Shown one piece after another: positions 8,778-17,871 of a DNA stretch of 28,490 nt. Source of the stretch: Candidatus Hodarchaeota archaeon (GTDB lineage: Archaea > Asgardarchaeota > Heimdallarchaeia > Hodarchaeales > Hodarchaeaceae); contig JAEOTM010000051.1 in NCBI GenBank assembly GCA_016839815.1, positions 1 through 28,490 on the forward strand. Direction: 5' to 3'. A program made the translations under genes and the position numbers. Numbering within the stretch: position 1 is the first letter of the stretch; each line of letters starts with the position of its first letter. Under the pieces are notes generated by a model. The model did no database searches, was not told the DNA's origin, and saw only the letters and a program-made list of their open reading frames with translations.

Positions 8778-9742
8778 AGAAGAATTGCAATTTTAAAGAA
8801 TGCGTAACATATGACTAACAAGATACAGGAGTGCCGTAGGCCGATTTTTGCATTACCATCTCCCATTTTACCTGCAATTAGCCCAGCAAAAACAGCCTCA
8901 ATTACCATTAGGTGGAAAAAAATTAACTGCAGTCCTGCAACATTGAAAGGTAGTGCCGTAGTTGGATCTTCCTGACTACGAACTGCATCAACCATCTGAA
9001 CAGCAAGAGTTTGAAAGAAAGAATACAATAGTATTATCATTACAAGGGCAAATACAATAAACGACGCGTAAATGATCCATGTGTATGGTTTCATAGCTCC
9101 AAGTCGTTCACGTTTTAACCCTAGAACTTCAGAAACATGTTTATGGGCGGATTCAAATACTTCCTCAATTGCTCCACCAGATCTTTCTGCTTCAAGAATT
9201 AATAATGAAGTTCTCTTCATAAGTGGTGTATCTGCAGTCTCGGTAAGACTTCGCAATGTTGCACTAAAAGGAATTCCCCAGCTAATTTTTGAAGCCATTT
9301 TCTTTAATTCAGGAGTTAAAGCTCCATATTGGTGCTTTGACGCTTCCAAAATTGCTCTAGGTAAGGGAAGGCCTGTTTTTTGGGCATCAGAAATTTCTCG
9401 CAATAATGATGGTATATGGTCATCAATATCATCACGCCATTTCTGATCAGATTTGTACGCTAATGCAGGTATCAGTAATAACGCAAGTGCAGTAAATATT
9501 GTCACATCAATTATGTCGAAAAATCCTATTATTGGATCTTGATATATCTCACTGACAGAATACAGATACGGGTCACGGAGTGGAGCATCGACCCCTTCTA
9601 CTAACTCTGTTGGAGCTGAAACATCCAATACGTGTGTAATTACTGGAATGTAAAATACTGATGCTATTAATACAAACAATACAAATAATATAACTGAGAT
9701 TATCCAATAGTTTCTTTCTTTCTTTGCAGTTAGTTTTCCCAT
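8774..9742 (-). CDS. Type IV pilus/T2SS membrane platform protein (PilC/TadC/GspF family)
   Basis: IDDHIP.LLREISDAQKTGL.L..A, YGALT.EL, WG..F, EAERSGG, and C-terminal AGLIAGKMGDG....GL.H; multiple TM helices. Confidence 0.9.
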   Translation of the reverse strand: MGKLTAKKERNYWIISVILFVLFVLIASVFYIPVITHVLDVSAPTELVEGVDAPLRDPYLYSVSEIYQDPIIGFFDIIDVTIFTALALLLIPALAYKSDQKWRDDIDDHIPSLLREISDAQKTGLPLPRAILEASKHQYGALTPELKKMASKISWGIPFSATLRSLTETADTPLMKRTSLLILEAERSGGAIEEVFESAHKHVSEVLGLKRERLGAMKPYTWIIYASFIVFALVMIILLYSFFQTLAVQMVDAVRSQEDPTTALPFNVAGLQLIFFHLMVIEAVFAGLIAGKMGDGNAKIGLRHSCILLVICYAFFKIAILL

Positions 9743-9757
9743 TTTAGAGCCTCCGAA

Positions 9758-10666
9758 TCATACTTCACGCGACGCAGTACTTATTAATAGAATCATTATG
9801 GTCAATAGTATTGGCATTAGGAAGTATGTAAGTGTAAGCATGAATACACTCCCAATAGTGGTCTCTGGACTAATGACAGCAAGAATAGCTAGAATTACCA
9901 CAAAAAATAATGGAGCAACAACTCCTACTATCATAAAAATTTCAGCTAAAACACCTAATTGTTCAATAAATTCTTTTGTTTCTTCTTCTTTTAGTTTCAT
10001 TAGGGCCTTTGTCTCTGCAGTCAAATAATACGTCAAATCTCCTCCACTGGTGATTGTAGCAGACATACCGTCCAAGAACTTAGAAAATCTTTCAGAGGGT
10101 GAACGCTCACTTGCAGTGCGTAAAGCCTTTAGGATGTCGTACCCAAAAATCTCAATATCGCGAGTAATTCTCTTACATTCTTTTGAGATTTCTGGTGCAA
10201 CAGATTCCTCGCCTGCTAATGAGTAGAATAATCTATCAGGTGGAACTCCAGAGCTTGACATCGCCGAGAGATATGAAGCTGTTGAAGTTAAACCCGATTC
10301 CATAAGGATTTTACGATCTGCGGCTTTCATTTGTGGCCAGTATAAGAATGGAACATAAGTTACAACTGTACAGATTAAAGCAATAACTAACCCTATTCCA
10401 AGTGAGGTTATCAACCAAGATTCCGTTGTACTAGTTGAATCAACAGTCTGGAGCACAAGTATCGCTAATAGGGTAGTGACTATAAAACTGAGAATACCGA
10501 TAAGAAACGAACTAAAAATCGCACTTCCTAAGTAAGCTCGTACAGAAATATCCATCCCTGCTTTTTTTAAAGAAGTATTAAGTCGTTCAAACCGACCTTT
10601 TTCAATCCATGGCTCGATAAATCTACCGAATCTTAGATACCCTACTCTTCTTATTACTTTACTCAC
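9758..10666 (-). CDS. Type IV pilus/T2SS membrane platform protein (PilC/TadC/GspF family), second paralog
   Basis: L.KAGM.I...AY, YLSAMSSSGVPP, RDIEIFGYDI..AL...SERSPS..F..FL.G...TI.SGGDL..YL; TM helices. Confidence 0.9.
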   Translation of the reverse strand: MSKVIRRVGYLRFGRFIEPWIEKGRFERLNTSLKKAGMDISVRAYLGSAIFSSFLIGILSFIVTTLLAILVLQTVDSTSTTESWLITSLGIGLVIALICTVVTYVPFLYWPQMKAADRKILMESGLTSTASYLSAMSSSGVPPDRLFYSLAGEESVAPEISKECKRITRDIEIFGYDILKALRTASERSPSERFSKFLDGMSATITSGGDLTYYLTAETKALMKLKEEETKEFIEQLGVLAEIFMIVGVVAPLFFVVILAILAVISPETTIGSVFMLTLTYFLMPILLTIMILLISTASREV

Positions 10667-10691
10667 AGAATGTAACTCCTTATTCTTCTGT

Positions 10692-12200
10692 TTAAATTGA
10701 TTTTAGTTCTCTCTTTGCGCGATCTACTGTTTCAAGTGAATTCTGGTAATAACTGTTAATGACTTCAGAGACTTGCGAATAATGGGCAAATTTCTTCTTT
10801 ACCATCCACCTTAAAATAGTCTTCCTTCTTTCTAACTCGTCAAGAACTTGTGATTCCGTTAGCCCTTGCGCTTCCTGTATACCTTCTAACGCATACGATC
10901 TTCCATAATTTATATAGGCATCTTCACGGGCATTCCATCCAAAAACTTTATTTGTTATAATTTCGGTAGTAACTGGATAGATACACACAATTTCTGTGCA
11001 TTCTATGACTCTACGAACCTGTTTGTCTCCTCTTCGAACCTTTCGGAGTACCACTAAAAGGTTTAATGTTTGGATAAGTGTTCGGGGAATATTCATTGGT
11101 TCATTTTCTAATCTACGAATTGTACCTGTTACACTATCTCCGTGAATAGTTCCCATGCCAGTATGACCAGTGGCCATTGCTTGAAATAGGTTATAGGCTT
11201 CTGAACCTCGCACCTCTCCTACAAATAGATAATCTGGTCTTTGGCGTAAAGCTGCCCGTAAGAGGTCATACATTGATACTTCACCTCTCCTTGAACCATC
11301 AGCTTCTCGTCCACCGTAACCCTCGCGCGCTACTGAGGGAATCCAATTTTCATGAGGTAAATGCAATTCTGCAGTGTCTTCAATTGATACAATCTTCATT
11401 CCAGGTCTAATAAACATAGCTAAGCTATTTAGCAAAGAAGTTTTTCCCGCGGCAGTTCCACCTGCAATAACGATTGAATTACGATTTTCTAATGCATACC
11501 AAAGTAAAGCTGCAAGATCTTCATCTAAGGTATTATATGTTATCATGTCAGTAATTGTTAAGGGATCCGAACGGAATTTTCTTATTGTAAATGTACTTCC
11601 TCTTTGTGTTACTTCACGGCCGTAGGTTAATTGAAGACGACTTCCATCAGGTAAAGCTGCGTCAAGCAATGGACGAGCTACGCTAATATGTCTACCTGCA
11701 CGTTGGGCTAATTTAATAATAAAAGCATCTAAATCGGATTCTTCTTCAAATTTAATATTAGTTTGAATACTCTCAAACTTTCGATGCCATATATAGATCG
11801 GAATACCTACACCATCGCAGCTAATATCTTCTACAGCATGGTCACGTAAAATTGCATCTATCTGACCAAATCCTACAAAATCACGTGTAATATGGTAATT
11901 TATTTTGTCAAACGTTTTTTCATCCAATTTTAAACCATAATTTTTTGCTATGCCGATGACCTTCTGACGTAAATAATCTCGAGCCACCTCTGGAGATTTT
12001 AGAACATTAAAATCAACATCTAATTCCTCTTCAAGCACATTCTTAATCATATCAAGAATTTCTTTCTCCCTTGTACTCAGAGGAATTTCTACTACAGTAT
12101 ATTTAGTTTGTTTGGTGTCAGGATCAGTAGCAACTAATGCATAGCTGAAAGGTGGAATTAATGGATAGGTTTCACGAATCAAACTGCTAGAATCGGCCAT
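10692..12200 (-). CDS. Type IV pilus assembly ATPase (PilB/VirB11/FlaI family)
   Basis: Walker A GGTAAGKT, Asp box SIEDTAEL, Walker B LRQRPDYLFVGEVRG, His box AMATGH..GTIH; EDISCDG and GSTFTIRKF motifs. Confidence 0.96.
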   Translation of the reverse strand: MADSSSLIRETYPLIPPFSYALVATDPDTKQTKYTVVEIPLSTREKEILDMIKNVLEEELDVDFNVLKSPEVARDYLRQKVIGIAKNYGLKLDEKTFDKINYHITRDFVGFGQIDAILRDHAVEDISCDGVGIPIYIWHRKFESIQTNIKFEEESDLDAFIIKLAQRAGRHISVARPLLDAALPDGSRLQLTYGREVTQRGSTFTIRKFRSDPLTITDMITYNTLDEDLAALLWYALENRNSIVIAGGTAAGKTSLLNSLAMFIRPGMKIVSIEDTAELHLPHENWIPSVAREGYGGREADGSRRGEVSMYDLLRAALRQRPDYLFVGEVRGSEAYNLFQAMATGHTGMGTIHGDSVTGTIRRLENEPMNIPRTLIQTLNLLVVLRKVRRGDKQVRRVIECTEIVCIYPVTTEIITNKVFGWNAREDAYINYGRSYALEGIQEAQGLTESQVLDELERRKTILRWMVKKKFAHYSQVSEVINSYYQNSLETVDRAKRELKSI

Positions 12201-12307
12201 CTTTTCTTTCTCCTTGTAATTATTAGTATTCTTTTAAAAAATCAAAAAGTTTCTCCTTTTTAGTTTATTTCATTATTATAGTTACATCGAATTAATAGAA
12301 TTTTTTA

Positions 12308-12760
12308 TTATGACATATGAATAGTAATATTATTTCCGTTTTTATTAATGTTGAGTGATAATATTGGATAAATACTTGTGAAGTGTCCAGAAGCACGGAT
12401 TATATATCCTGAACTTATTGTAAAGTGGATTTGTTCTGATACCTCCGCATTAAAAGTCCTTCCAGCAATAAAGATCTTTCTCCCATCTGAAGAGTTAGTA
12501 ATGTCAAGAGTGTATCTAAAACCTTGGCCTAAAGTAGGAGGTAACTCCAAGTTCTGGGTAATTGATTGGTTTGCCTCGGTATGAATAAGCAAATTCTGCT
12601 GGATTTGGATCTTGATTTGATCTAATATTGCGTCTAATTCTACTTGGGCAATATTTTCACGGAATTGATCGTTCAGAGTTGAGAACATACCGTTAGTTAT
12701 GATTACTAAGCTTAAACCAAGAGTAAATATTACCATGAACGTAATATATTGTGAGGCCAT
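12308..12760 (-). CDS. Pilin-like protein (N-terminal hydrophobic helix, no basic leader)
   Basis: MASQYITFMVIFTLGLSLVII followed by an amphipathic helix and 'LELPPTLGQGFRYTLDI', resembling archaeal minor pilins. Lies between a pilin and the ATPase. Confidence 0.65.
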   Translation of the reverse strand: MASQYITFMVIFTLGLSLVIITNGMFSTLNDQFRENIAQVELDAILDQIKIQIQQNLLIHTEANQSITQNLELPPTLGQGFRYTLDITNSSDGRKIFIAGRTFNAEVSEQIHFTISSGYIIRASGHFTSIYPILSLNINKNGNNITIHMS

Positions 12761-12787
12761 AATAATCTACCTTAAGGTTCATATTAT

Positions 12788-13711
12788 CTATGTTGTTTTA
12801 AGATTTATTTCATATTGCAATAGTTGTACCACAATGTTAAAGACATTAAGGTTATCCAATCCATTCACCTCACTAGTACTCCATATTCGAGTGGAGGAAG
12901 GTGTACCTACATATGTCCTATTACTAACTAAATCTAGTTGCGAAACAGACGTTTCCAAAGATAAAGTGCTGGGAACGGAAATATTGTTTGTGACATGTAC
13001 AGTCATTTGTCTATATTGACTGTGAATCGAATCAAAATCTGTTGTAAGAGTTATTAAAAAGATCTGGAATCGTATTTCAGGAACTGGTTGAGTAGAAACT
13101 GTAAGATATACAGATGTACGGTAATCTAATGTGATATGATGTTTACGATCTGATTGATGACTCAATGTCAAGTTAGTTAAATCATGATTATCTGAAGATG
13201 CGAACATTCCAGTGATAAATACTTGCTCACGAGTTTTATATGGATCTGGTCCAGTCAAGTATTTCATTGTGCCTCGTGGTAAGATTTCACGTGGACTACT
13301 GTAGACCCAATCTAATATCCCAACCTTCTGAAAGTCTATTATTGAATGAACTAGATCTCCATCCTGATCATTCAAGTACAAAGAAAAATAGTAAGCAATA
13401 GGATTGAATTCAAGTGTTCCAGCTGGTTTGGTGAATAAGAGAGTCCTAAATCCTCCAGGGCTCCCACTTTCATGGATCAAAGTTTCAATTGTATCATCGA
13501 GATCGATAAAACTGTTTTTAACTGAACTAATTGTTTGTTCACTTTGAGCCTGCTCTATGAACGGGACTACCTGAATAAAAGTAACCATTACACCAGTAAT
13601 GATTAAACCGAAAATTATTACTGTTGCTAGAACAGGAGAAACTGCTCTCTTCTTTTTTCTCCATCTTCGCCAAATATCTCTTCTTGATCGATATATCAAT
13701 GTTTCCAACAA
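12788..13711 (-). CDS. Type IV pilin-like protein with class III signal peptide (archaeal Pilin_N type)
   Basis: RRWRKKKRA|VSPVLATVIIFGLIITGVMV matches the archaeal pilin/archaellin N-terminal consensus (K/R-A/G|VSPVIAT). First gene of the operon; TTG start. Confidence 0.85.
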   Translation of the reverse strand: MLETLIYRSRRDIWRRWRKKKRAVSPVLATVIIFGLIITGVMVTFIQVVPFIEQAQSEQTISSVKNSFIDLDDTIETLIHESGSPGGFRTLLFTKPAGTLEFNPIAYYFSLYLNDQDGDLVHSIIDFQKVGILDWVYSSPREILPRGTMKYLTGPDPYKTREQVFITGMFASSDNHDLTNLTLSHQSDRKHHITLDYRTSVYLTVSTQPVPEIRFQIFLITLTTDFDSIHSQYRQMTVHVTNNISVPSTLSLETSVSQLDLVSNRTYVGTPSSTRIWSTSEVNGLDNLNVFNIVVQLLQYEINLKTT

Positions 13712-13768
13712 GTTAGGTCACTTTAATGATTTTTGAGATGATGTTTAGTTTCACACGCAACTGCTTTA

Positions 13769-13785
13769 ACTATAAAATTTGTTGG
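13769..13785 (-). promoter_or_regulatory. Candidate BRE/TATA promoter of the pilus-DP2 operon
   Basis: Minus strand reads CCAACAAATTTTATAGT about 60 nt upstream of the 13711 start. AT-rich background limits specificity. Confidence 0.3.
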
Positions 13786-13962
13786 TTATTCTAGTGATTT
13801 AAGGATTTTTGTATTGTTTAGTATTTGGAAAGGGAGAATTATTATCGAAATATTCGATTAAGGAACATCAAGCTAAATTTCTTAATTATCAGCTTTAATT
13901 CCATTACACCCAACTACTATAATTACTCCACTTTTTCTAGTAAAAAGTAATTCTTCCAGACC

Positions 13963-13970
13963 TTTATATT
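13963..13970 (+). promoter_or_regulatory. Candidate TATA box for radA
   Basis: TTTATATT about 180 nt upstream of the radA ATG, just downstream of the palindrome ACTTTTT-N5-AAAAAGT (13930-13948). Confidence 0.3.
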
Positions 13971-14148
13971 GATAAGAAAATCTTGATAGATGTAAAGTTT
14001 CCCTAGGTTGAACGAAGGGTGAGTAATTTCTGGGTAATAAACTTGAACTGGAAAAAAGTGATAATCATATAGGGAAAACAATTATTCAAAGAATGTACTT
14101 ATCTTTAATCTACCCATAAACAATTATGAGGGCAGGTATGATCAAAAT

Positions 14149-15183
14149 ATGACACCAAAGAAAAAGGAAGCACAAACAGACTCATCAGAAGATATTAAGA
14201 GCACCAAAGCTAAAGAAAAGGCTACGTCTATCACAGACCTGCCTGGAATAGGGCCTTCAACTGCCGCTAAATTGGTAGAATCAGGTTATTCATCGTTGGA
14301 GTCAATAGCTACAGTCTCAGTAGGAGAATTATCATCACTAGCAGGGCTTGGAGAAAAAACAGTGCAGAAGATCATTGAAGCCGCCCGAGAGGCATTAGAT
14401 ATTGATTTTGAAACAGCTAAAGTCGTCCTAGAACGAAGAAAAGATTTAGCAAAAATTACCACGGGAAGTCAAAGATTAGATGAACTATTTGGAGGAGGTA
14501 TTGAAACTGGTGCTGCCACTGAATTGTATGGAGAGTTCAGAACAGGAAAGACCCAGATTGCACATCAACTATGTGTTACTACACAATTACCTATTGAACA
14601 AGGAGGGTTAAGGAAGGGTGACGAGTATCCAAAGGCAGTATATGTGGATACAGAAGGAACTTTTCGGCCAGAACGAATCATTGATATGGCGGAGCGTTGG
14701 AAAGACGATCTAGATATGGATATTGTACTAGAAAATATACTTCATGGTCGTGCCCATAATTCAGATCACCAGATGGTATTAGTTGAAAAAATGGCTAAAG
14801 AATATCTTCCAACTCAGAATGTAAAGCTCCTAGTTGTCGATTCCTTGATTTCCCACTTTCGTGCGGAATATGTTGGCCGGGGGACATTAGCTACCCGGCA
14901 ACAGAAGTTAAATCAACACATTCATGCAATTCTTCATGCTGCCGAGGTCTGGAATATTGCAGTAATCTTCACAAACCAGGTTCAAGCGAAACCAGACCAG
15001 TTTTTTGGAGATCCTACCACTGCAGTTGGTGGTCACATCGTAGCTCATGCAGCACAGACCCGTGTATACCTACGTAAGTCCAAGGGGGAAAGAAGGATCG
15101 CACGAATAGTGGATAGCCCATTATTACCAGAGAACGAAGCTATTTTTGGTGTAACAGCATCTGGAATCGTAGATGTAACGTAG
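14149..15183 (+). CDS. radA: DNA repair and recombination protein RadA (Rad51-like)
   Basis: N-terminal HhH (DLPGIGPSTA.KL), FxxA polymerisation motif FETA, Walker A GEFRTGKT, YVDTEGTFRPERI, Walker B LLVVDS, FRAEYVGRGTLA.RQQKL, GGH..AH, R.YLRKSKG..RIAR..DSP. Confidence 0.97.
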   Translation: MTPKKKEAQTDSSEDIKSTKAKEKATSITDLPGIGPSTAAKLVESGYSSLESIATVSVGELSSLAGLGEKTVQKIIEAAREALDIDFETAKVVLERRKDLAKITTGSQRLDELFGGGIETGAATELYGEFRTGKTQIAHQLCVTTQLPIEQGGLRKGDEYPKAVYVDTEGTFRPERIIDMAERWKDDLDMDIVLENILHGRAHNSDHQMVLVEKMAKEYLPTQNVKLLVVDSLISHFRAEYVGRGTLATRQQKLNQHIHAILHAAEVWNIAVIFTNQVQAKPDQFFGDPTTAVGGHIVAHAAQTRVYLRKSKGERRIARIVDSPLLPENEAIFGVTASGIVDVT

Positions 15184-15203
15184 GACGCATTTACAGCTTT
15201 TTT
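15169..15203 (+). terminator. Putative terminator: hairpin over radA stop codon plus T-tract
   Basis: GTAGATG(15169-15175)...CATTTAC(15188-15194) with one G.U pair encloses TAG, followed by CTTTTTT. Confidence 0.4.
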
Positions 15204-15224
15204 CTAGATATAGAGGCTGATAAA

Positions 15225-15899
15225 TTGAGTATAACAACAGATAAGCTACCACCTCTTATTATTGGTGAGCTTGCTTTAAGAATTCTAAGAAAGAGCTTTT
15301 TAACAAAACTTGGATTTCGACCAACTCTTTCGAAGGAGAAGATCGAAAAGACTTTAGGATCAATTGAATCATCCCTTATGATCTTAAAATATTCCTATCT
15401 CCCATTGCCTGAAATATTACTCCATGTCGAAGTGAAGAATCTAAATAGATATGGACTGAAATTGTCTGAATCTCTGAAGTCAGCTTATTCAACTCCATCT
15501 ACCAACCTACTATCACTGGCAACCTTAAGATGGGGCTTACAAATCATTCAACACCTTGAACGTCGGTTAAAAACTGCTGATTCCAATTTAGGATCTGGTG
15601 TCGATCTCAAAGTTGTGCATGTCAGAAATGTGCAGAAATTCGATAAATTCCTGCTTACTCGTGCTTATGATAACGAAAAAACATACACAATAATGACAAA
15701 TTTAGTAAATCTACGATCTAATCAGAATGTAGCCGCTGCTTTTCTTCCTCCAAGAGAAATTGGTGGAAAACTTTCAGAAGCCATGTATATTGGATCTGAA
15801 GAAAGGAAAGAGGATGCTGGAGTTGTGTTATCTCCTGAACAGGTTGATCTAACGGAAGTAAACGCAATTTTACATCAGCTTATCTCACAAAGAAGTTAA
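15225..15899 (+). CDS. Archaeal tRNA-binding protein with C-terminal EMAP/Trbp111-like OB fold (COG2517-like)
   Basis: Helical N-terminal part with 'LKYSYL'; C-terminal GVDLKV..V.NV, TIMTNL, VAAAFLPP..IGG..SEAMYIG matching the EMAP OB-fold signature. TTG start. Confidence 0.8.
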   Translation: MSITTDKLPPLIIGELALRILRKSFLTKLGFRPTLSKEKIEKTLGSIESSLMILKYSYLPLPEILLHVEVKNLNRYGLKLSESLKSAYSTPSTNLLSLATLRWGLQIIQHLERRLKTADSNLGSGVDLKVVHVRNVQKFDKFLLTRAYDNEKTYTIMTNLVNLRSNQNVAAAFLPPREIGGKLSEAMYIGSEERKEDAGVVLSPEQVDLTEVNAILHQLISQRS

Positions 15900-15902
15900 A
15901 AA

Positions 15903-16577
15903 CTACAAATCAAAAAATGTGATTATTTCTATAAGATTCTTAGATCGACAAATATAATCGGCACTTGCGGCTACTTTATCAGAGCTAGGTTCTATTGCAA
16001 TTGAAATCTGTGCTGATTTGAACATATCTATGTCAGCGCTTGCATCTCCAATAGCAATTGATTTCTGTTTAGGGATATCAAAGGTTTTCAGGAGGGAACG
16101 TAGAATTCTTCCTTTTTCATGTGCATCGACATTTATCACTACTTCACCTGTTATCCTGTCCTTTTTTCTGATTAATTCGTTAGCTACCCAGTAGTCAAAT
16201 TTGTATTTTTTAGCAAATTTATCTACTAAATCTCCCAAACCTTGGGAGATAATAACAAGAGTACAATCATTTTTCCTAAAAAAAGATAGAAGTTCATTAA
16301 TTCCTTCACGTAATTTGATTGTATCCAATGCTTTTTGATATTCAGATTCAGATTGATTGATCCACGGGTAAGCGTCAGCAATACAAAATTCTGTATAGTT
16401 GATTTCACCATCAAGGTATTGTTGTAGAGCCTTCTTACCATGGGTTGCCCAAGTACCAAAATATTCATGGACTGCCTGCCAAGAGGAACGATAGTCCGCG
16501 GTAGTCAAGGTTCCATCAAAATCAAATGTTATTAAGGAATTTTCAAGATTATCAATACGAATCTTAGACTTTTTCAT
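15903..16577 (-). CDS. HAD-superfamily phosphatase (phosphoserine phosphatase-like, subfamily IB)
   Basis: Motif I FDFDGTL, motif II IISQG, ANEL, motif III K (HEKG), motif IV IGDASADIDMF. Confidence 0.88.
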   Translation of the reverse strand: MKKSKIRIDNLENSLITFDFDGTLTTADYRSSWQAVHEYFGTWATHGKKALQQYLDGEINYTEFCIADAYPWINQSESEYQKALDTIKLREGINELLSFFRKNDCTLVIISQGLGDLVDKFAKKYKFDYWVANELIRKKDRITGEVVINVDAHEKGRILRSLLKTFDIPKQKSIAIGDASADIDMFKSAQISIAIEPSSDKVAASADYICRSKNLIEIITFFDL

Positions 16578-16742
16578 GAGATAATCGTTCTATGATCAAA
16601 TTCATGTACTTTTCGTTATACTCAGAGTAGCCAGAATAAAATTAATTAAAAGAATTCTAAAAAGTATTTAAAGAAATTAAAGCATGGATAATTCAAATTT
16701 AATCTTAAATCCTGTAATAAAGATGCAAAAAGGGACACACTA

Positions 16743-17771
16743 ATGCGAGTAATTATAAGTGGGATCAGTGGTTCAGGTAGATCTGACGCCATTAAAGATA
16801 TGGAAAAATACGTCAAAAAACATTATCCTAAGAAAAAGATAATTATGATGAATACTAACCGGATGATGTGGGAAACAGCTAAAGAATTACGAATGGATGT
16901 AAAACGAGAAAAAATGCTAGACCTCTCTCCTCCTACTTTACAGGCACTAAGATCAACAGTTTTTGAACGGATCCTCAGAGAAGTCGAGGAACATGAGAAA
17001 GGCCAAAAAGATGTCGCAATAATAATAAATACACATGCTACATTTCGTTGGAGGGAACATCTGATGCCTGGGTGGGATTTCTTCTATCTTACCAAACTTA
17101 AACCAGACATCTTCATTACAATCATCAATGTCATCAATGATATTTACGATACTCTGGAAGCGAATCCTTTGTGGGGAGGTATGAATAATCGATTACAGCT
17201 TGGTATATGGCAAGAGGAAGAAGCATTTACAACAAAACTAATGGCCGAGACAATGAAAAAACCCTTTTACATTGTTGCCCGACGACAGCCTCCTACCACT
17301 CTCTATAAATTGATTTTTGAACACGAAGTAAGTGAAAAAGTCTATCTTTCGTACCCAATGACGCATATAAAGGAAGAATCAAAAAAAAAAGAAATTGAGG
17401 GGTTGGGAAATAAGCTCAGAGAATTAGGGTTTGTAGTGTTTGATCCAGGCACAATGGAATTAGAGAAAGTACATGTAGATATTCCTGAGGATATTAGAGT
17501 ATTTGATTTTTATCAGACAGTGTATAGAGACTTTCAACTTATCGACCAAGGCACCATGGTAGTAATATTTTATCCTGAAATAGTTCATTCATCAGGAGTA
17601 GTAAATGAACAAGCTTATGGATTCCGAAATAACAAATATGTTTTTGCTGTGTTTCCAGCAGAAAATTATAGTCCTTTCACAAGCTTTTTCGCTGATAAAA
17701 CCTTTATCTCGGTGAACGATTTAATTAAATTCCTCAAAGAAGAATATCTTCCTTCAAAATCAAAAGCTTGA
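16743..17771 (+). CDS. Fusion of an archaeal adenylate-kinase-like P-loop domain and a nucleoside 2-deoxyribosyltransferase/N-glycosidase-like domain
   Basis: N-terminal IISGISGSGRS, IINTHATFRW...PG, PDIFITII (AdkA-like); C-terminal VYLSYPMT, VFDP, RDFQLIDQ, SSGVVNE..YG (NDT/Rcl fold with Tyr/Asp/Glu). Confidence 0.75.
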   Translation: MRVIISGISGSGRSDAIKDMEKYVKKHYPKKKIIMMNTNRMMWETAKELRMDVKREKMLDLSPPTLQALRSTVFERILREVEEHEKGQKDVAIIINTHATFRWREHLMPGWDFFYLTKLKPDIFITIINVINDIYDTLEANPLWGGMNNRLQLGIWQEEEAFTTKLMAETMKKPFYIVARRQPPTTLYKLIFEHEVSEKVYLSYPMTHIKEESKKKEIEGLGNKLRELGFVVFDPGTMELEKVHVDIPEDIRVFDFYQTVYRDFQLIDQGTMVVIFYPEIVHSSGVVNEQAYGFRNNKYVFAVFPAENYSPFTSFFADKTFISVNDLIKFLKEEYLPSKSKA

Positions 17772-17871
17772 TTAACACTTTTCCCAACGAAAGGTTTTTC
17801 TGGTCTAATCCACCCGAATCTCAATAAGCCTGCTCATGAACATTATGTAAAATTGAGCATTCTGCTTAATT

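Noticed and set aside
10975-10990. ATPase segment EIVCIYP where EIVGIDP would be expected (two G->T changes)
   Set aside because: Outside the catalytic motifs. It may be a sequencing/assembly error or neutral variation, and cannot be assessed without reads.
8774-13711. Archaellum (fla/arl) operon
   Set aside because: No FlaH/ArlH ATPase or FlaF/G-like genes, and the platform is split into two PilC genes. This fits a non-archaellum type IV pilus.
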